NCBI GenBank assembly: GCA_963828195.1 | Contig: CAWHDT010000003.1 | Coordinates: 128,001 to 192,000, forward strand | Length of the DNA stretch: 64,000 nt | Source: Candidatus Bathyarchaeota archaeon | GTDB taxonomy: Archaea; Thermoproteota; Bathyarchaeia; Bathyarchaeales; Bathycorpusculaceae | Direction: 5' to 3' | Notes under the pieces: model-generated | What the model was told of the DNA's origin: nothing | Database searches by the model: none | Seen by the model: only the letters and a program-made list of their open reading frames with translations | Part shown: positions 39,934 through 49,105 of the stretch, in pieces | Position numbering within the stretch: position 1 is the stretch's first letter | How the letters are laid out: each line of letters opens with the position of its first letter | Made by a program: the position numbers and the translations under genes

Positions 39934-41273
39934 AGAAATCCATGAAAAGCGAAAAAACCGAAAAAAAATATACGCCTGAAATCTCAACCAGAGAACTTGA
40001 GGAACTTAGAGACTCCATCAAAACTGCATCTCAGAAGGTAATCTCCGAGAACATAGAGCGCATGAAAAAAGCCGACCCTAACAGACCTGAAGCCATGAAG
40101 TATTTTGACGAAATCGCAAACGTGTTTGGCAAACGAGAAACTGAGATCGCAGCTGAGAAAGCGAAAGGAAAGAAAGTGATCGGCTACATGTGCCTGTTTG
40201 CTCCCACAGAGTTAATTTTGGCGGCAGATGCTATTCCAGTCAGAGTAAACTCAGGTTGGTACGATACTTCTAAAATCGGCGACAGAGTGGTGCCAGTTGA
40301 AGTGTGCCCCGTTATTCGCTCAACGATAGGCGCACAAATGATTGGGCTTTCGCCTTTTCTTGAGTTAAGCGACGCCTTGATCAGCGTTTTAACCTGTGAC
40401 GGCATGACTAAACTGAGCGAAATCTTAAGTGACTACAAGACCATTTGGGATATGAACATTCCACGAATTAAAGATTCAGACCACTCCCTTCGCTTCTGGA
40501 ACGACGAAATAAGACTCATGAAAACGCAGATTGAGAAGTTCACCGGCAACAAAATCACGCGGAAAAACTTGAAAGCAGCCATCGAGCAGACGCAGAAGGC
40601 GACAAAAGCTTTTCGCCGCCTGCAGGACCTGCGGAAGGGTCAACCAGTAATTATGGGCAGAGATGCAATGCTGGTTAATCAAGCGTACCTGTGGGATGAT
40701 AAAGCCCGGTGGACAGAGAAAACTGAAGCATTATGCGATGAACTGGAAAAGAGGGTCGAGCGGAAAGATTGGGTTTGTCCTCCTGATACGCCTAGGGTTC
40801 TGGTGACGGGTACGCCGATGTTTTGGCCTGATAACTGGAAGCTTCCAACTTTGGTTGAAGAAGCGAATCCAAAGGGCATCATCGTTGCTGATGAGCTTTG
40901 TTCAGGCGAAAGAATTCTTATCGACCCTGTCGGCATCGACGAATGGAACATGGATGACATGCTTAACGCTATCGGAGAGCGGCATCTTATGGCTTCTACT
41001 TGTCCCTGCTTCACTTCAGGCGACGGAAACGAGGACAGAATCAACTGGCTGCTAAACAAGGTTAAGGAATGGAATGTTCAAGGCGCTATCTATTATGTAG
41101 TGCGGGGCTGCATGCTGTATGCGATGGAGTACAACAGAATTAAAAAAGCGCTTGACAAAATAAATGTCCCAACATACTATCTTGACACAGAATACACCAG
41201 GGAAGATGTCGGGCAAATGAAGACGCGTGTTGAAGCATTCCTCGAGATGTTAACGGCGAGGGTTGACTTTTAG
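39930..41273 (+). CDS. Double-cubane-cluster-type anaerobic reductase (2-hydroxyacyl-CoA dehydratase/HgdAB superfamily)
   Basis: RPEAMKYFD N-extension; Cys motifs in both halves: GYMC, EVCP, LTCDG, ELCSG, TCPCF, RGCM; TRVEAFLEML. Confidence 0.8.
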   Translation: MKKSMKSEKTEKKYTPEISTRELEELRDSIKTASQKVISENIERMKKADPNRPEAMKYFDEIANVFGKRETEIAAEKAKGKKVIGYMCLFAPTELILAADAIPVRVNSGWYDTSKIGDRVVPVEVCPVIRSTIGAQMIGLSPFLELSDALISVLTCDGMTKLSEILSDYKTIWDMNIPRIKDSDHSLRFWNDEIRLMKTQIEKFTGNKITRKNLKAAIEQTQKATKAFRRLQDLRKGQPVIMGRDAMLVNQAYLWDDKARWTEKTEALCDELEKRVERKDWVCPPDTPRVLVTGTPMFWPDNWKLPTLVEEANPKGIIVADELCSGERILIDPVGIDEWNMDDMLNAIGERHLMASTCPCFTSGDGNEDRINWLLNKVKEWNVQGAIYYVVRGCMLYAMEYNRIKKALDKINVPTYYLDTEYTREDVGQMKTRVEAFLEMLTARVDF

Positions 41274-41282
41274 GGTGGATTT

Positions 41283-42068
41283 ATGATCACTGTCGGGATG
41301 GATTTAGGCACTCAACGTGTAAAGACAGTTGTGTTAAAAGACAATACCGTCGTTTCGAGAGGGCAAGCCTTCTCAGGGTTTGACCCTTCCAAAGCCACGG
41401 AAGAAGCAGTGAACCAAGCATTAAAAGACGCAAACTTGAAGATTTCTGATGTTGCCTATTTTGTCGCTACCGGTTCAGCTATGGAAATGGCGCCTTATTC
41501 TAACGGCACCGTAAGCATGATGGGTGCTGACGCTAAAGCAGGAGTTCACCTTTTTCCGAAAGCCCGAACAATAATTGATGTGGGCGCTGAAGAAGCCCGA
41601 GCCGTTAAATGCGACGAAAAAGCCATTATGGTTGATTTTATCGTTAACGAACGCTGTGCTGCCGGCGCCGGAGCATTCATAGAGGCGATGGCTCGGGCGC
41701 TGGAGGTGAAACTGGAGGAGATGGGTCCGCTTTCACTTAAGGCTGAGCGCGCTAGCCCCATAAACGCTTCCTGCGTCATCTTCGGCGAATCCGACGTGGT
41801 TTCGCTTATTCACCGCCAAGAATCCAAGCCAGAAATAGCCCGAGCGGTTTTTGACGCGATGGCAGATCGAATATCCTCCATGATCCACAGGTTAGGCATT
41901 AACCCAGATGTGGTTTTGATCGGCGGAGTCGCGAAGGATGTTGGTTTTGTTGCCTCTCTAAAGAGAAAGCTTGGGGTTGACGTGTTGATTCCCGATTTTC
42001 CCGATTACGCGGGCGCTTTAGGTGCAGCTCTTGTTGCAGCCGCCCGAGCGAAGGAGGGTCAGAAATGA
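41283..42068 (+). CDS. BadF/BadG/BcrA/BcrD-family ATPase, BzdP-like subunit
   Basis: GMDLGT, ATGSA, DVGAEEARAV, NERCAAGAG, NASCVIFGES. Confidence 0.85.
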   Translation: MITVGMDLGTQRVKTVVLKDNTVVSRGQAFSGFDPSKATEEAVNQALKDANLKISDVAYFVATGSAMEMAPYSNGTVSMMGADAKAGVHLFPKARTIIDVGAEEARAVKCDEKAIMVDFIVNERCAAGAGAFIEAMARALEVKLEEMGPLSLKAERASPINASCVIFGESDVVSLIHRQESKPEIARAVFDAMADRISSMIHRLGINPDVVLIGGVAKDVGFVASLKRKLGVDVLIPDFPDYAGALGAALVAAARAKEGQK

Positions 42069-42976
42069 AGGAGCCCAGCAGCGTTAAAGAGGAAATTGAG
42101 TTTTGGCGTTGGCGCGAGTACAACCGCGTAGTGCCTGGCAAAAAGTGGTGCAGCAAAGACTTAATCACTGCAGGTGTTGACGTGGGCTCTGTGGGTTCTA
42201 AAGCAGCTATAATGGTGAATGGCGAAGCGTACTCTTGGGGGATAACGCGAACTGGCTCCAACAGTCCCGAGAGTGCAACCAAAGCTTTGAACCTTGCATT
42301 AGAAGGAACCGGACTTAAGGGAAGCGACCTAAAATACATCGTAGGCACAGGCTATGGACGAGTAAATGTTCCCATGGCTAACAAGGCGATTACGGAGATT
42401 GCTTGCCACGCTAAAGGCGCCAACTTTATTTGGGGACCAAGCGTGCGCACCGTGCTGGATGTCGGCGGTCAAGACATCAAAGCTATTCGCTGCGATGAAA
42501 CGGGTAGAGTGGTTTCTTTTTTGATGAATGACAAATGCGCGGCGGGAACTGGCAGAGGCATGGAGGTGTTTGCTGATTTGCTAAAGATTCCAATTGAGGA
42601 AATCGGCGCTATCTCACTGATGGTTGATGTCGAGCCGCCGCCGGTAAGTTGCACCTGTGTGGCTTTTGCGAAAACTGAGGCTATGGGGCTTTTGCGTAAA
42701 GGCTGGTCTAAAGAGAAGGTTTTGGCTGCTTACACGCGGGCTATGGCTGTCCGCATGGCTAACCTGATTAACAGAGTGGGCTTAGAGAAGGAGCTTGTTG
42801 TCACAGGTGGTCAATCCAAGAACATCGGGATCGTGAGCAGAATCGAAGTTAATTTGGGCGTAAAGTGTTTGCCGATGCCTAACTGGCGCGACAATGGTTT
42901 AGATCCGATGGTTGCGGGTGCGTTTGGCGCCGCGCTTTTCGGCAAAGCCCTCTACGAGAAGGCACAGAAATCTTAA
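42065..42976 (+). CDS. BadF/BadG/BcrA/BcrD-family ATPase, BzdQ-like subunit
   Basis: EFWRW N-terminus, GVDVGSVGSK, GTGYGR, EIACHAKGA, DVGGQD, MNDKCAAGTG, SCTCVAFA. Confidence 0.85.
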   Translation: MKEPSSVKEEIEFWRWREYNRVVPGKKWCSKDLITAGVDVGSVGSKAAIMVNGEAYSWGITRTGSNSPESATKALNLALEGTGLKGSDLKYIVGTGYGRVNVPMANKAITEIACHAKGANFIWGPSVRTVLDVGGQDIKAIRCDETGRVVSFLMNDKCAAGTGRGMEVFADLLKIPIEEIGAISLMVDVEPPPVSCTCVAFAKTEAMGLLRKGWSKEKVLAAYTRAMAVRMANLINRVGLEKELVVTGGQSKNIGIVSRIEVNLGVKCLPMPNWRDNGLDPMVAGAFGAALFGKALYEKAQKS

Positions 42977-42992
42977 CTGGAGGTCAAAAGCC

Positions 42993-43280
42993 ATCATCAC
43001 GCACTACGGCTACAGCGACGGTTCAGGCGAATACTACATAACCATCGACACTGACAAGTGCAGCGGCTGCGGCAAATGCGTCAAGCAGTGCCCACAATCT
43101 GCGCTTCAGCTGGAAACGATGTTTATTGACCTGGAAGATAAAACCGTCGTCTCAGTTGCGGAGGAGCATCGGAGAAAAATAAAGTACACTTGCTCATCAT
43201 GCAAACCCGAAACCAACACGGCTCCATGCGTTATAGCTTGCAAAGCCAAAGCAGTCAACTGCACGTGGAAACCGCAATAA
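42993..43280 (+). CDS. 2x[4Fe-4S] ferredoxin of the type found with bzd-like reductases; probable ATC start
   Basis: GGAGGT at 42979-42984, then (M)ITHYGYSDGSGEYYITIDTDKCSGCGKCVKQCP...CSSC..PCVIAC. Confidence 0.8.
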   Translation: MITHYGYSDGSGEYYITIDTDKCSGCGKCVKQCPQSALQLETMFIDLEDKTVVSVAEEHRRKIKYTCSSCKPETNTAPCVIACKAKAVNCTWKPQ

Positions 43281-43504
43281 CAGGCATTGCAGCGAGATTT
43301 GGGTGATTTTGCACAGTACAAGGTTTTTTCTATGTCGCTGTGCTGTTTAGACCTAAAATTTTAGGCTGGCATTCAAATAGGAGGATGGCATTGCAGAGCG
43401 GCTTGCTGATTGCATAATTTTAAATATTTGTTTTGTCTTAAGTCTTATTTAAAGCGATTTTAACTTGTTCACTTAAGTTCCAACCAAGAGGCGCAAAAAG
43501 TAAA

Positions 43505-44536
43505 ATGGCTACCTCAAAGTACCCTACGGGCAAATGGATAAAATCATCGAGTAACAGGTTCTTTTCTAACAGAGAATTCTTAACTCACTCAGTTGAAGTA
43601 AACTCTTCCGCATCCTCCCTGGGCAAGGTTGCCTCAGATCAAAATAACCAATCGGAAAAGAACACTCAACCCGCGTACCTGCTAAGAACAGTTTCAACTG
43701 AAGATTGCTTCCGTTTTTACAGTGCAGTTGGGAAATTCACTGGGGAAACCGCGTGCAGCACCGTTGACTTCGCCGCGAAACTGCAAACAATCCCCATTGA
43801 CTCGGTAACTTTTCATTTTCTACACCAAGATTTCCAAAAATGGTTCAGAGACACCATCGGCGACGAAAAATTAGCCGACAGAATTGACCAGATCAAAGCA
43901 GGTTTGCAAGGCGAAGACTTGAGAAATGAGCTTTTGAAAAAGGTTCAGAACCGCACAGCTGAATTAAATATGACGCCGGAAGATCTGCGCGTGGCATGGC
44001 GAGTGGCGGCTTACACCATCATCGTATTTGCAGTCATAACTTACTTTTTTGTTGGCGTGTGGCCGTCAAAAACAGAAGACATCGCGTTAAACGCAACAAC
44101 AAGGCAGGTAACACTGTATGGGACGGGCGTACGTTTCCCAATCGGCGCCGAAACCACGCTTGTATTCGTAATGATGTTTGCTGGAATAATGGGCGCGTGC
44201 GTCTTTTCGCTTTTCGCGATTTCACATCATCTTGGAGCCGACAAAGACTTCGATAAAACTTGGCAAGCATGGTACCTGCTAAGGCCCATTATCGGCGGAG
44301 GACTCGCCTTAATCTTCTATTTTCTGTTGCGTGGCGGAGTGCTCTCAATCGGGGCAAACCTGAACAGTTTGAACCTTGTAGGGCTTGCAGCCGTGTCTGG
44401 GCTGGTCGGCATGTTTGCTGAGCACGCCATGCATAAACTTCAAGACTTAGCAGACACCCTGTTTGGAGCAGCCCCCGAAAACGCGCAAACAACAGCCAGC
44501 ACCACACCACCAGCGTCCGCTAATGCAAATTCGTAA
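43505..44536 (+). CDS. DUF5752-like domain fused to a 4-TM membrane module
   Basis: FRFYSAVGKFTGETA..SVTFH....DFQKWFRDTIGDEKLA; TM module WYLLRPIIGGGLA..GLVGMF. Confidence 0.75.
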   Translation: MATSKYPTGKWIKSSSNRFFSNREFLTHSVEVNSSASSLGKVASDQNNQSEKNTQPAYLLRTVSTEDCFRFYSAVGKFTGETACSTVDFAAKLQTIPIDSVTFHFLHQDFQKWFRDTIGDEKLADRIDQIKAGLQGEDLRNELLKKVQNRTAELNMTPEDLRVAWRVAAYTIIVFAVITYFFVGVWPSKTEDIALNATTRQVTLYGTGVRFPIGAETTLVFVMMFAGIMGACVFSLFAISHHLGADKDFDKTWQAWYLLRPIIGGGLALIFYFLLRGGVLSIGANLNSLNLVGLAAVSGLVGMFAEHAMHKLQDLADTLFGAAPENAQTTASTTPPASANANS

Positions 44537-44656
44537 ATTGGCTTAAGACTTGAGCAGGGCGGATGCAGTAATAATATTTTCTTAAAAAGACAGCGCCCGC
44601 AAAGCAAAGGTTTTCCCCTGGTTTTTGTGAAGGCTGTTGCTAAGATGGACTTCAGG

Positions 44657-45610
44657 CTAAAATTTCGTTAAGTCAAAGCCTACCCTTTTAGATAATTTTG
44701 CCAGATCATTTAGGACATAGACAAACGCATATCCTCTCCAGCTTCCCCATCTTTCCTGCGCAATCGCTGTGAGATTAGTTATGGCTTCTCGCGAATCATC
44801 AGGTTCTTTGCCGAAGAAGAGGACATAAAAGATTTTGGCGCTCCAAGAATCCAGTGGAAAACCCATCTGAGGCATCACAAGTTCCGCTGAATAATTGCCG
44901 ATCCCTCGAAGCGTAAGAAGCATTTTCTTTGCTTCTTCAGGCTCCATACCGTACAGCTCGTCCATTGTGGGGAAGCCTTGGATCAACGTTTTCGCTATGC
45001 TTACGAGGTTTTGGGCTCTGTATCCGAGTTTAGCTTCTGTTTTCAGTTCTTGAAGCGATTTGGAAGCTATGGTTTGGGCTGAAGGCCAGTATCGGATTGT
45101 TTCTCCGTCAAAGTTGGCTTGGTCACCGTATTTAGCGGTTAATAGCTCCATCATTTGGTTACTTCTTTTCATAGGCGCCATCTGAAGGGTAACAGCTAAA
45201 ATCAACGCGGGAAACAGTTCTGGCCAACCGACCGTGTGCATGCCGTAGAGGTCATCGACGACATCTCGCAGGATAGGGTCTTTTCGACTGAGCTCATAGA
45301 AACCTGTTAGGTCCTCGTCGGTTTTGAGCGCCCGCTTCAACATATGCTTAATGACCTGTTTTTCCGAGACGCCTACTTTGGTTTCGGAGTAGATTGTGCA
45401 GTAAATTTGCGGTTCATCTGTTGTTCCTGATGAGCGTAGTTTTAAGCCTAAAAGCTCGTTGTTGAATCGTGTTACGCTCCAACATGTGTCGTCCCTGAAG
45501 TCTTCATCTGGTGCGGACCACCACCAACCGGCAGGCTTACGAAGAGTAAGTTCAAAATTGTACGGCGGAACCGCATCAATCTTAAAAGAATATTTTTCTT
45601 TCAAGTTCAA
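44657..45610 (-). CDS. HhH-GPD DNA glycosylase (AlkA/3-methyladenine glycosylase II-like)
   Basis: KLGYRA, HhH LLTLRGIGNYSAE, FPLD, ERWGSWRGYA. Confidence 0.85.
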   Translation of the reverse strand: MNLKEKYSFKIDAVPPYNFELTLRKPAGWWWSAPDEDFRDDTCWSVTRFNNELLGLKLRSSGTTDEPQIYCTIYSETKVGVSEKQVIKHMLKRALKTDEDLTGFYELSRKDPILRDVVDDLYGMHTVGWPELFPALILAVTLQMAPMKRSNQMMELLTAKYGDQANFDGETIRYWPSAQTIASKSLQELKTEAKLGYRAQNLVSIAKTLIQGFPTMDELYGMEPEEAKKMLLTLRGIGNYSAELVMPQMGFPLDSWSAKIFYVLFFGKEPDDSREAITNLTAIAQERWGSWRGYAFVYVLNDLAKLSKRVGFDLTKF

Positions 45611-45754
45611 GATGAAACCCTCAGCAGTAATAATTCAACACTTTCATACCTAAAAAAAATAAACCCACAACACAGATAAAAGTAATGGTTTAAGAAAAAT
45701 CATATAAACTATTTGCGATGTATCTCTACACTCAGAGAAGTGGAGGGCCGAGTT

Positions 45755-47428
45755 ATGAGTAAAAAAATTTTATTCGCAATCCTAACCTTGATTTTCTTAG
45801 TCAGCATGATAGTTTCTATTTTCCTTGGAACATTAAATGTGACCAAAGCCCAAAGCAGCGACGGTAACGGGGACCCCAACTCATGGCTCATGTTCCGCAA
45901 TAATTTAGTTCACACAGGCTTTTCCACGACCGCCAACCCTCCAACAACAAATCAAACTATATGGAGCTACAAAACAGGCTCCTACGTGGAGTCATCACCT
46001 ACAATAGCCAACAGCACAGTTTTTGTTGGCTCTGGCGACGACAACATCTATGCTTTGAACGCGCTGACAGGCACTAAAATATGGAACTACTCGACGAATG
46101 CTGCAGTTGTTTCTTCTCCTGCAGTCGCCAATGGCATTGTCTTTGTAGGTTCCGAGGACCACAATGTTTATGCTTTGAACGAAACTGATGGAACAAAACT
46201 CTGGAATTTTACAACTGGCAACATGGTTGATTCCTCCCCAGCAATTGCCAGCGGCATAGTATACGTAGGTTCATGGGACGACAATGTTTATGCCATAAAC
46301 TGTTCTACCGGAGCCAAACTTTGGAATTACACTACTGGAAGCGCAGTTTATTCATCTCCCGCTGTTGATGACGGAGTAGTTTATGTAGGCTCCTTTGACG
46401 GCAACATATACGCTTTAAATGCAGTAAGCGGCGCTCAGGTATGGAACTCCACAATAAAAGGTTATGTAGTGCATTCTTCGCCCGCCGTTGCTGTCGGCCT
46501 AGTTTATGTAGGCTCGGACAATGGTAACTTTTATGCTTTGAATGCCGCAACTGGCAAACAAACATGGAACTTTACAACAGGTAGTGCAGTGGAATCTTCC
46601 CCCGTTTTTGCAGGAACAGCAGTATATGTGGGCTCATTTGATGACAATGTTTACGCTTTGAATTATACAACAGGCGCAAAAATATGGAACTTCACAACGG
46701 GGAGTGCCGTGTTTTCGTCTCCCGCTATTGCCAACGGCATACTGTACGTAGGCTCAAATGACGGTAACATGTATGCTTTGAATGCTTCAACAGGCACGAA
46801 AATATGGAGCTACTCAACCAGTAGCGTGTTATCATCTCCTGCTATTGCAGATGGCATTGTCTACGTAGGTTCGTTTAACGATTACGTTTACGCGTTTGAG
46901 ACAATTTTGATTGCTCCTTCTACGTCAACTTCTTCCAGCACAGTATTTCAAGGCCAAACAAGTAGTTTGACTTCTACTATGGTCACAACAGGCACTTCAC
47001 CTTATAGTTATCAGTGGTTTAGTGAGTCTCCTGGGGCATCCTCTTACTCGTTAATTAGCGGAGCAAGCTCGCCAAATTACAACTTTGTAACCTCAGCTTC
47101 AACCGCTACAGGTAACTGGAACTTCGTACTTCAAGTAACCGATAGCACTGCAGCGACCGTGAGCTCAAATGTTACATCTGTAACAGTGAATGCGCCTGCG
47201 CCAACTTCAACTCCAACTGCATCTCCAAATCCAACTCCATCGCCGCATGTAACCGCGACTCCTATTTCGTCTCCAAAACCAAATGCTTCGCCCACTCCAA
47301 GCCCAACAAAAACTGTGCCCGAGTTCAACATTGAGGCTGCAATTTTTGTGTTGACATTGACCTCTTGTGCGATTGCGTTGGGATCAAGAAAAATGACTAT
47401 AATCCGCTTTGAACCAAGCCAGAAATGA
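45755..47428 (+). CDS. Secreted PQQ-like beta-propeller repeat (BamB-like) surface protein with PEF-CTERM
   Basis: WLMFRNNLVHTG, eight SSPA...VYVGS.D.N.YALNA.TG...W repeats, PT linker, VPEF plus TM. Confidence 0.9.
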   Translation: MSKKILFAILTLIFLVSMIVSIFLGTLNVTKAQSSDGNGDPNSWLMFRNNLVHTGFSTTANPPTTNQTIWSYKTGSYVESSPTIANSTVFVGSGDDNIYALNALTGTKIWNYSTNAAVVSSPAVANGIVFVGSEDHNVYALNETDGTKLWNFTTGNMVDSSPAIASGIVYVGSWDDNVYAINCSTGAKLWNYTTGSAVYSSPAVDDGVVYVGSFDGNIYALNAVSGAQVWNSTIKGYVVHSSPAVAVGLVYVGSDNGNFYALNAATGKQTWNFTTGSAVESSPVFAGTAVYVGSFDDNVYALNYTTGAKIWNFTTGSAVFSSPAIANGILYVGSNDGNMYALNASTGTKIWSYSTSSVLSSPAIADGIVYVGSFNDYVYAFETILIAPSTSTSSSTVFQGQTSSLTSTMVTTGTSPYSYQWFSESPGASSYSLISGASSPNYNFVTSASTATGNWNFVLQVTDSTAATVSSNVTSVTVNAPAPTSTPTASPNPTPSPHVTATPISSPKPNASPTPSPTKTVPEFNIEAAIFVLTLTSCAIALGSRKMTIIRFEPSQK

Positions 47429-47593
47429 GCAGAAACGAGTAAAAAACAAAAACTCAAGGTTTCAGTTAACTTAATGAGTTATAGTTTGAATTTATAGCCA
47501 AGCCAAATTTTTGGGTTGCCACCAAGTTGTGGCTTTGCAGTTACAGTCACAAATGTTTAAGAATTAATGTCTGTACTTGCTGGGTTATTGTAA

Positions 47594-48136
47594 TTGTTGA
47601 TTTTTTCGGGAGGTGTGTGTGTGTCAAAAATTAATCCTGGGTCAAACATCTACGGAGACAATGATACTAAAAGTGCACGTCCGGGAGGAATGCAAGACAT
47701 TGACATCATGGAGCCCTCAATTGACGACAAGAAGAAACTTCATTGCCCACAATGTGACAGAGTTTTTGCATCAAGAGAAGACTACATCAGCCACGCTTTA
47801 TCTAAACATCAAACCAGCCAGCTGAAGCAAGTGAACACGTCTTTAGATATGGTGCCATACAATAATGGTTTTCATTTTTTCACATCTATAGGCCGCTACA
47901 CAGGAGAAACAGCTGTCAGTTTATCAACCTTTGCCAAAGACGTTGAGGTCGTGCCGATTGAGTCAATTGATTTTCACTTCAAAAGAGGCGACTTTCAGAA
48001 GTGGCTAAAAGATACAATTGGAGATACCGAATTGGCGAAAGCAATCGAAAATGTGGAGAAAGAACCTGCAGGCGAGCCATTAAGACAAAGACTTCTGGCG
48101 GTCATAAATGCACGAGTAAATGAACTTAAAAAATAA
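47594..48136 (+). CDS. C2H2 zinc finger fused to DUF5752-like domain
   Basis: CPQCDRVFASREDYISHALSKH; FHFFTSIGRYTGETA..SIDFHFKRGDFQKW; start uncertain. Confidence 0.75.
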   Translation: MLIFSGGVCVSKINPGSNIYGDNDTKSARPGGMQDIDIMEPSIDDKKKLHCPQCDRVFASREDYISHALSKHQTSQLKQVNTSLDMVPYNNGFHFFTSIGRYTGETAVSLSTFAKDVEVVPIESIDFHFKRGDFQKWLKDTIGDTELAKAIENVEKEPAGEPLRQRLLAVINARVNELKK

Positions 48137-48185
48137 ACTCTAACCAGCAAGAATCTTGGCGACGAAAAAATTAAATGTTGGAGCA

Positions 48186-48818
48186 TTAAAGACCGGGGAT
48201 ATTTGTATCCACCAAGGTTATGTCCATATTGTAGGATAGGCCATCTACTGATGCTGGGGAAGTCATAACCATTTCAATGGGCCACTGAACACTATTATCA
48301 ATGTAGTAAGCAGCGCTGATACCCTGGCTATCGTATTCATAAACTGTACAGTTGCATGTCCCAAGATTCGGCAAGGTCACTTGGGTGTTATAGGTGCTAT
48401 TTAGAGTTAAACCATCAGGTTGGAAAGTCATGTTTTCCCTGCTCACCCAAGTTGTAGTAGTGTTCTCCGTTGCACCGAAGGGCGTCGACATGTTAAAGTC
48501 AGTTAAGACTTGAATGTAAGTATCGTTTAGGCCAACTATTTCCATTTTTGCGGTGAAAGAAATCGGCATTGATAGAATGCTGGTTTGGCCTTGGTAGGTC
48601 GCATAGGCTCCTATTTGAATCCATGATTGCGGGTTGTTTTGATTGTTAGTTTGACTGTTCACATCGTTATTTTGGGTGCCAGTAGTGTTTTGACCAGCCA
48701 TCAGCAATGCACTGGCTAACACCGCGCCAACAACAAGAATTATAACAGCCACTGCGATTACCGCTATTTTCTTTTTGCTGTGTGTTATGATTTTTGAATC
48801 TTGCTGATTCGTTTCCAA
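48186..48818 (-). CDS. Membrane-anchored hypothetical extracellular protein
   Basis: N-terminal TM, N/Q linker, beta-rich domain. Confidence 0.7.
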   Translation of the reverse strand: METNQQDSKIITHSKKKIAVIAVAVIILVVGAVLASALLMAGQNTTGTQNNDVNSQTNNQNNPQSWIQIGAYATYQGQTSILSMPISFTAKMEIVGLNDTYIQVLTDFNMSTPFGATENTTTTWVSRENMTFQPDGLTLNSTYNTQVTLPNLGTCNCTVYEYDSQGISAAYYIDNSVQWPIEMVMTSPASVDGLSYNMDITLVDTNIPGL

Positions 48819-49039
48819 TTTATGCCCCTCAATCTAATATATTGAATATTACTAAACAATATATATCTTCTGGATCACAAATAGCCAAACCAATGTTGCT
48901 TACATAACCCACCTGCATTCACATTTAATGCCCCACAATGAGCTTAAAAATAAGAAGCTTATCAGTAAAGAGGGAACCCATTTGGTACGACGCATTCTAT
49001 GCCGCACTCCACATTAGAAAGAGAAAATGGGCGCTTAAT

Positions 49040-49105
49040 TTATTTGCCCGTTTTCGCTTCGTGCTTTGCTTTTTTCGCCGCATTCTTCTTTTTTAAAGAT
49101 GGCAT
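49040..49105 (-). CDS. Putative 21-aa lysine-rich micro-protein
   Basis: MPSLKKKNAAKKAKHEAKTGK*; BRE/TATA-like GAAAAGTCTTTTTA 24 nt upstream; pyrimidine tract downstream. Confidence 0.4.
   Translation of the reverse strand: MPSLKKKNAAKKAKHEAKTGK

Noticed and set aside
39930-42976. Annotation as a canonical benzoyl-CoA reductase or 2-hydroxyglutaryl-CoA dehydratase
   Set aside because: Only one catalytic-type subunit, with Cys motifs in both halves; the heterodimeric BzdNO/HgdAB pair and pathway genes are absent
42912-42992. Track-predicted N-terminal extension of the ferredoxin
   Set aside because: Overlaps the upstream gene and lies before the strong SD; sequence is not ferredoxin-like
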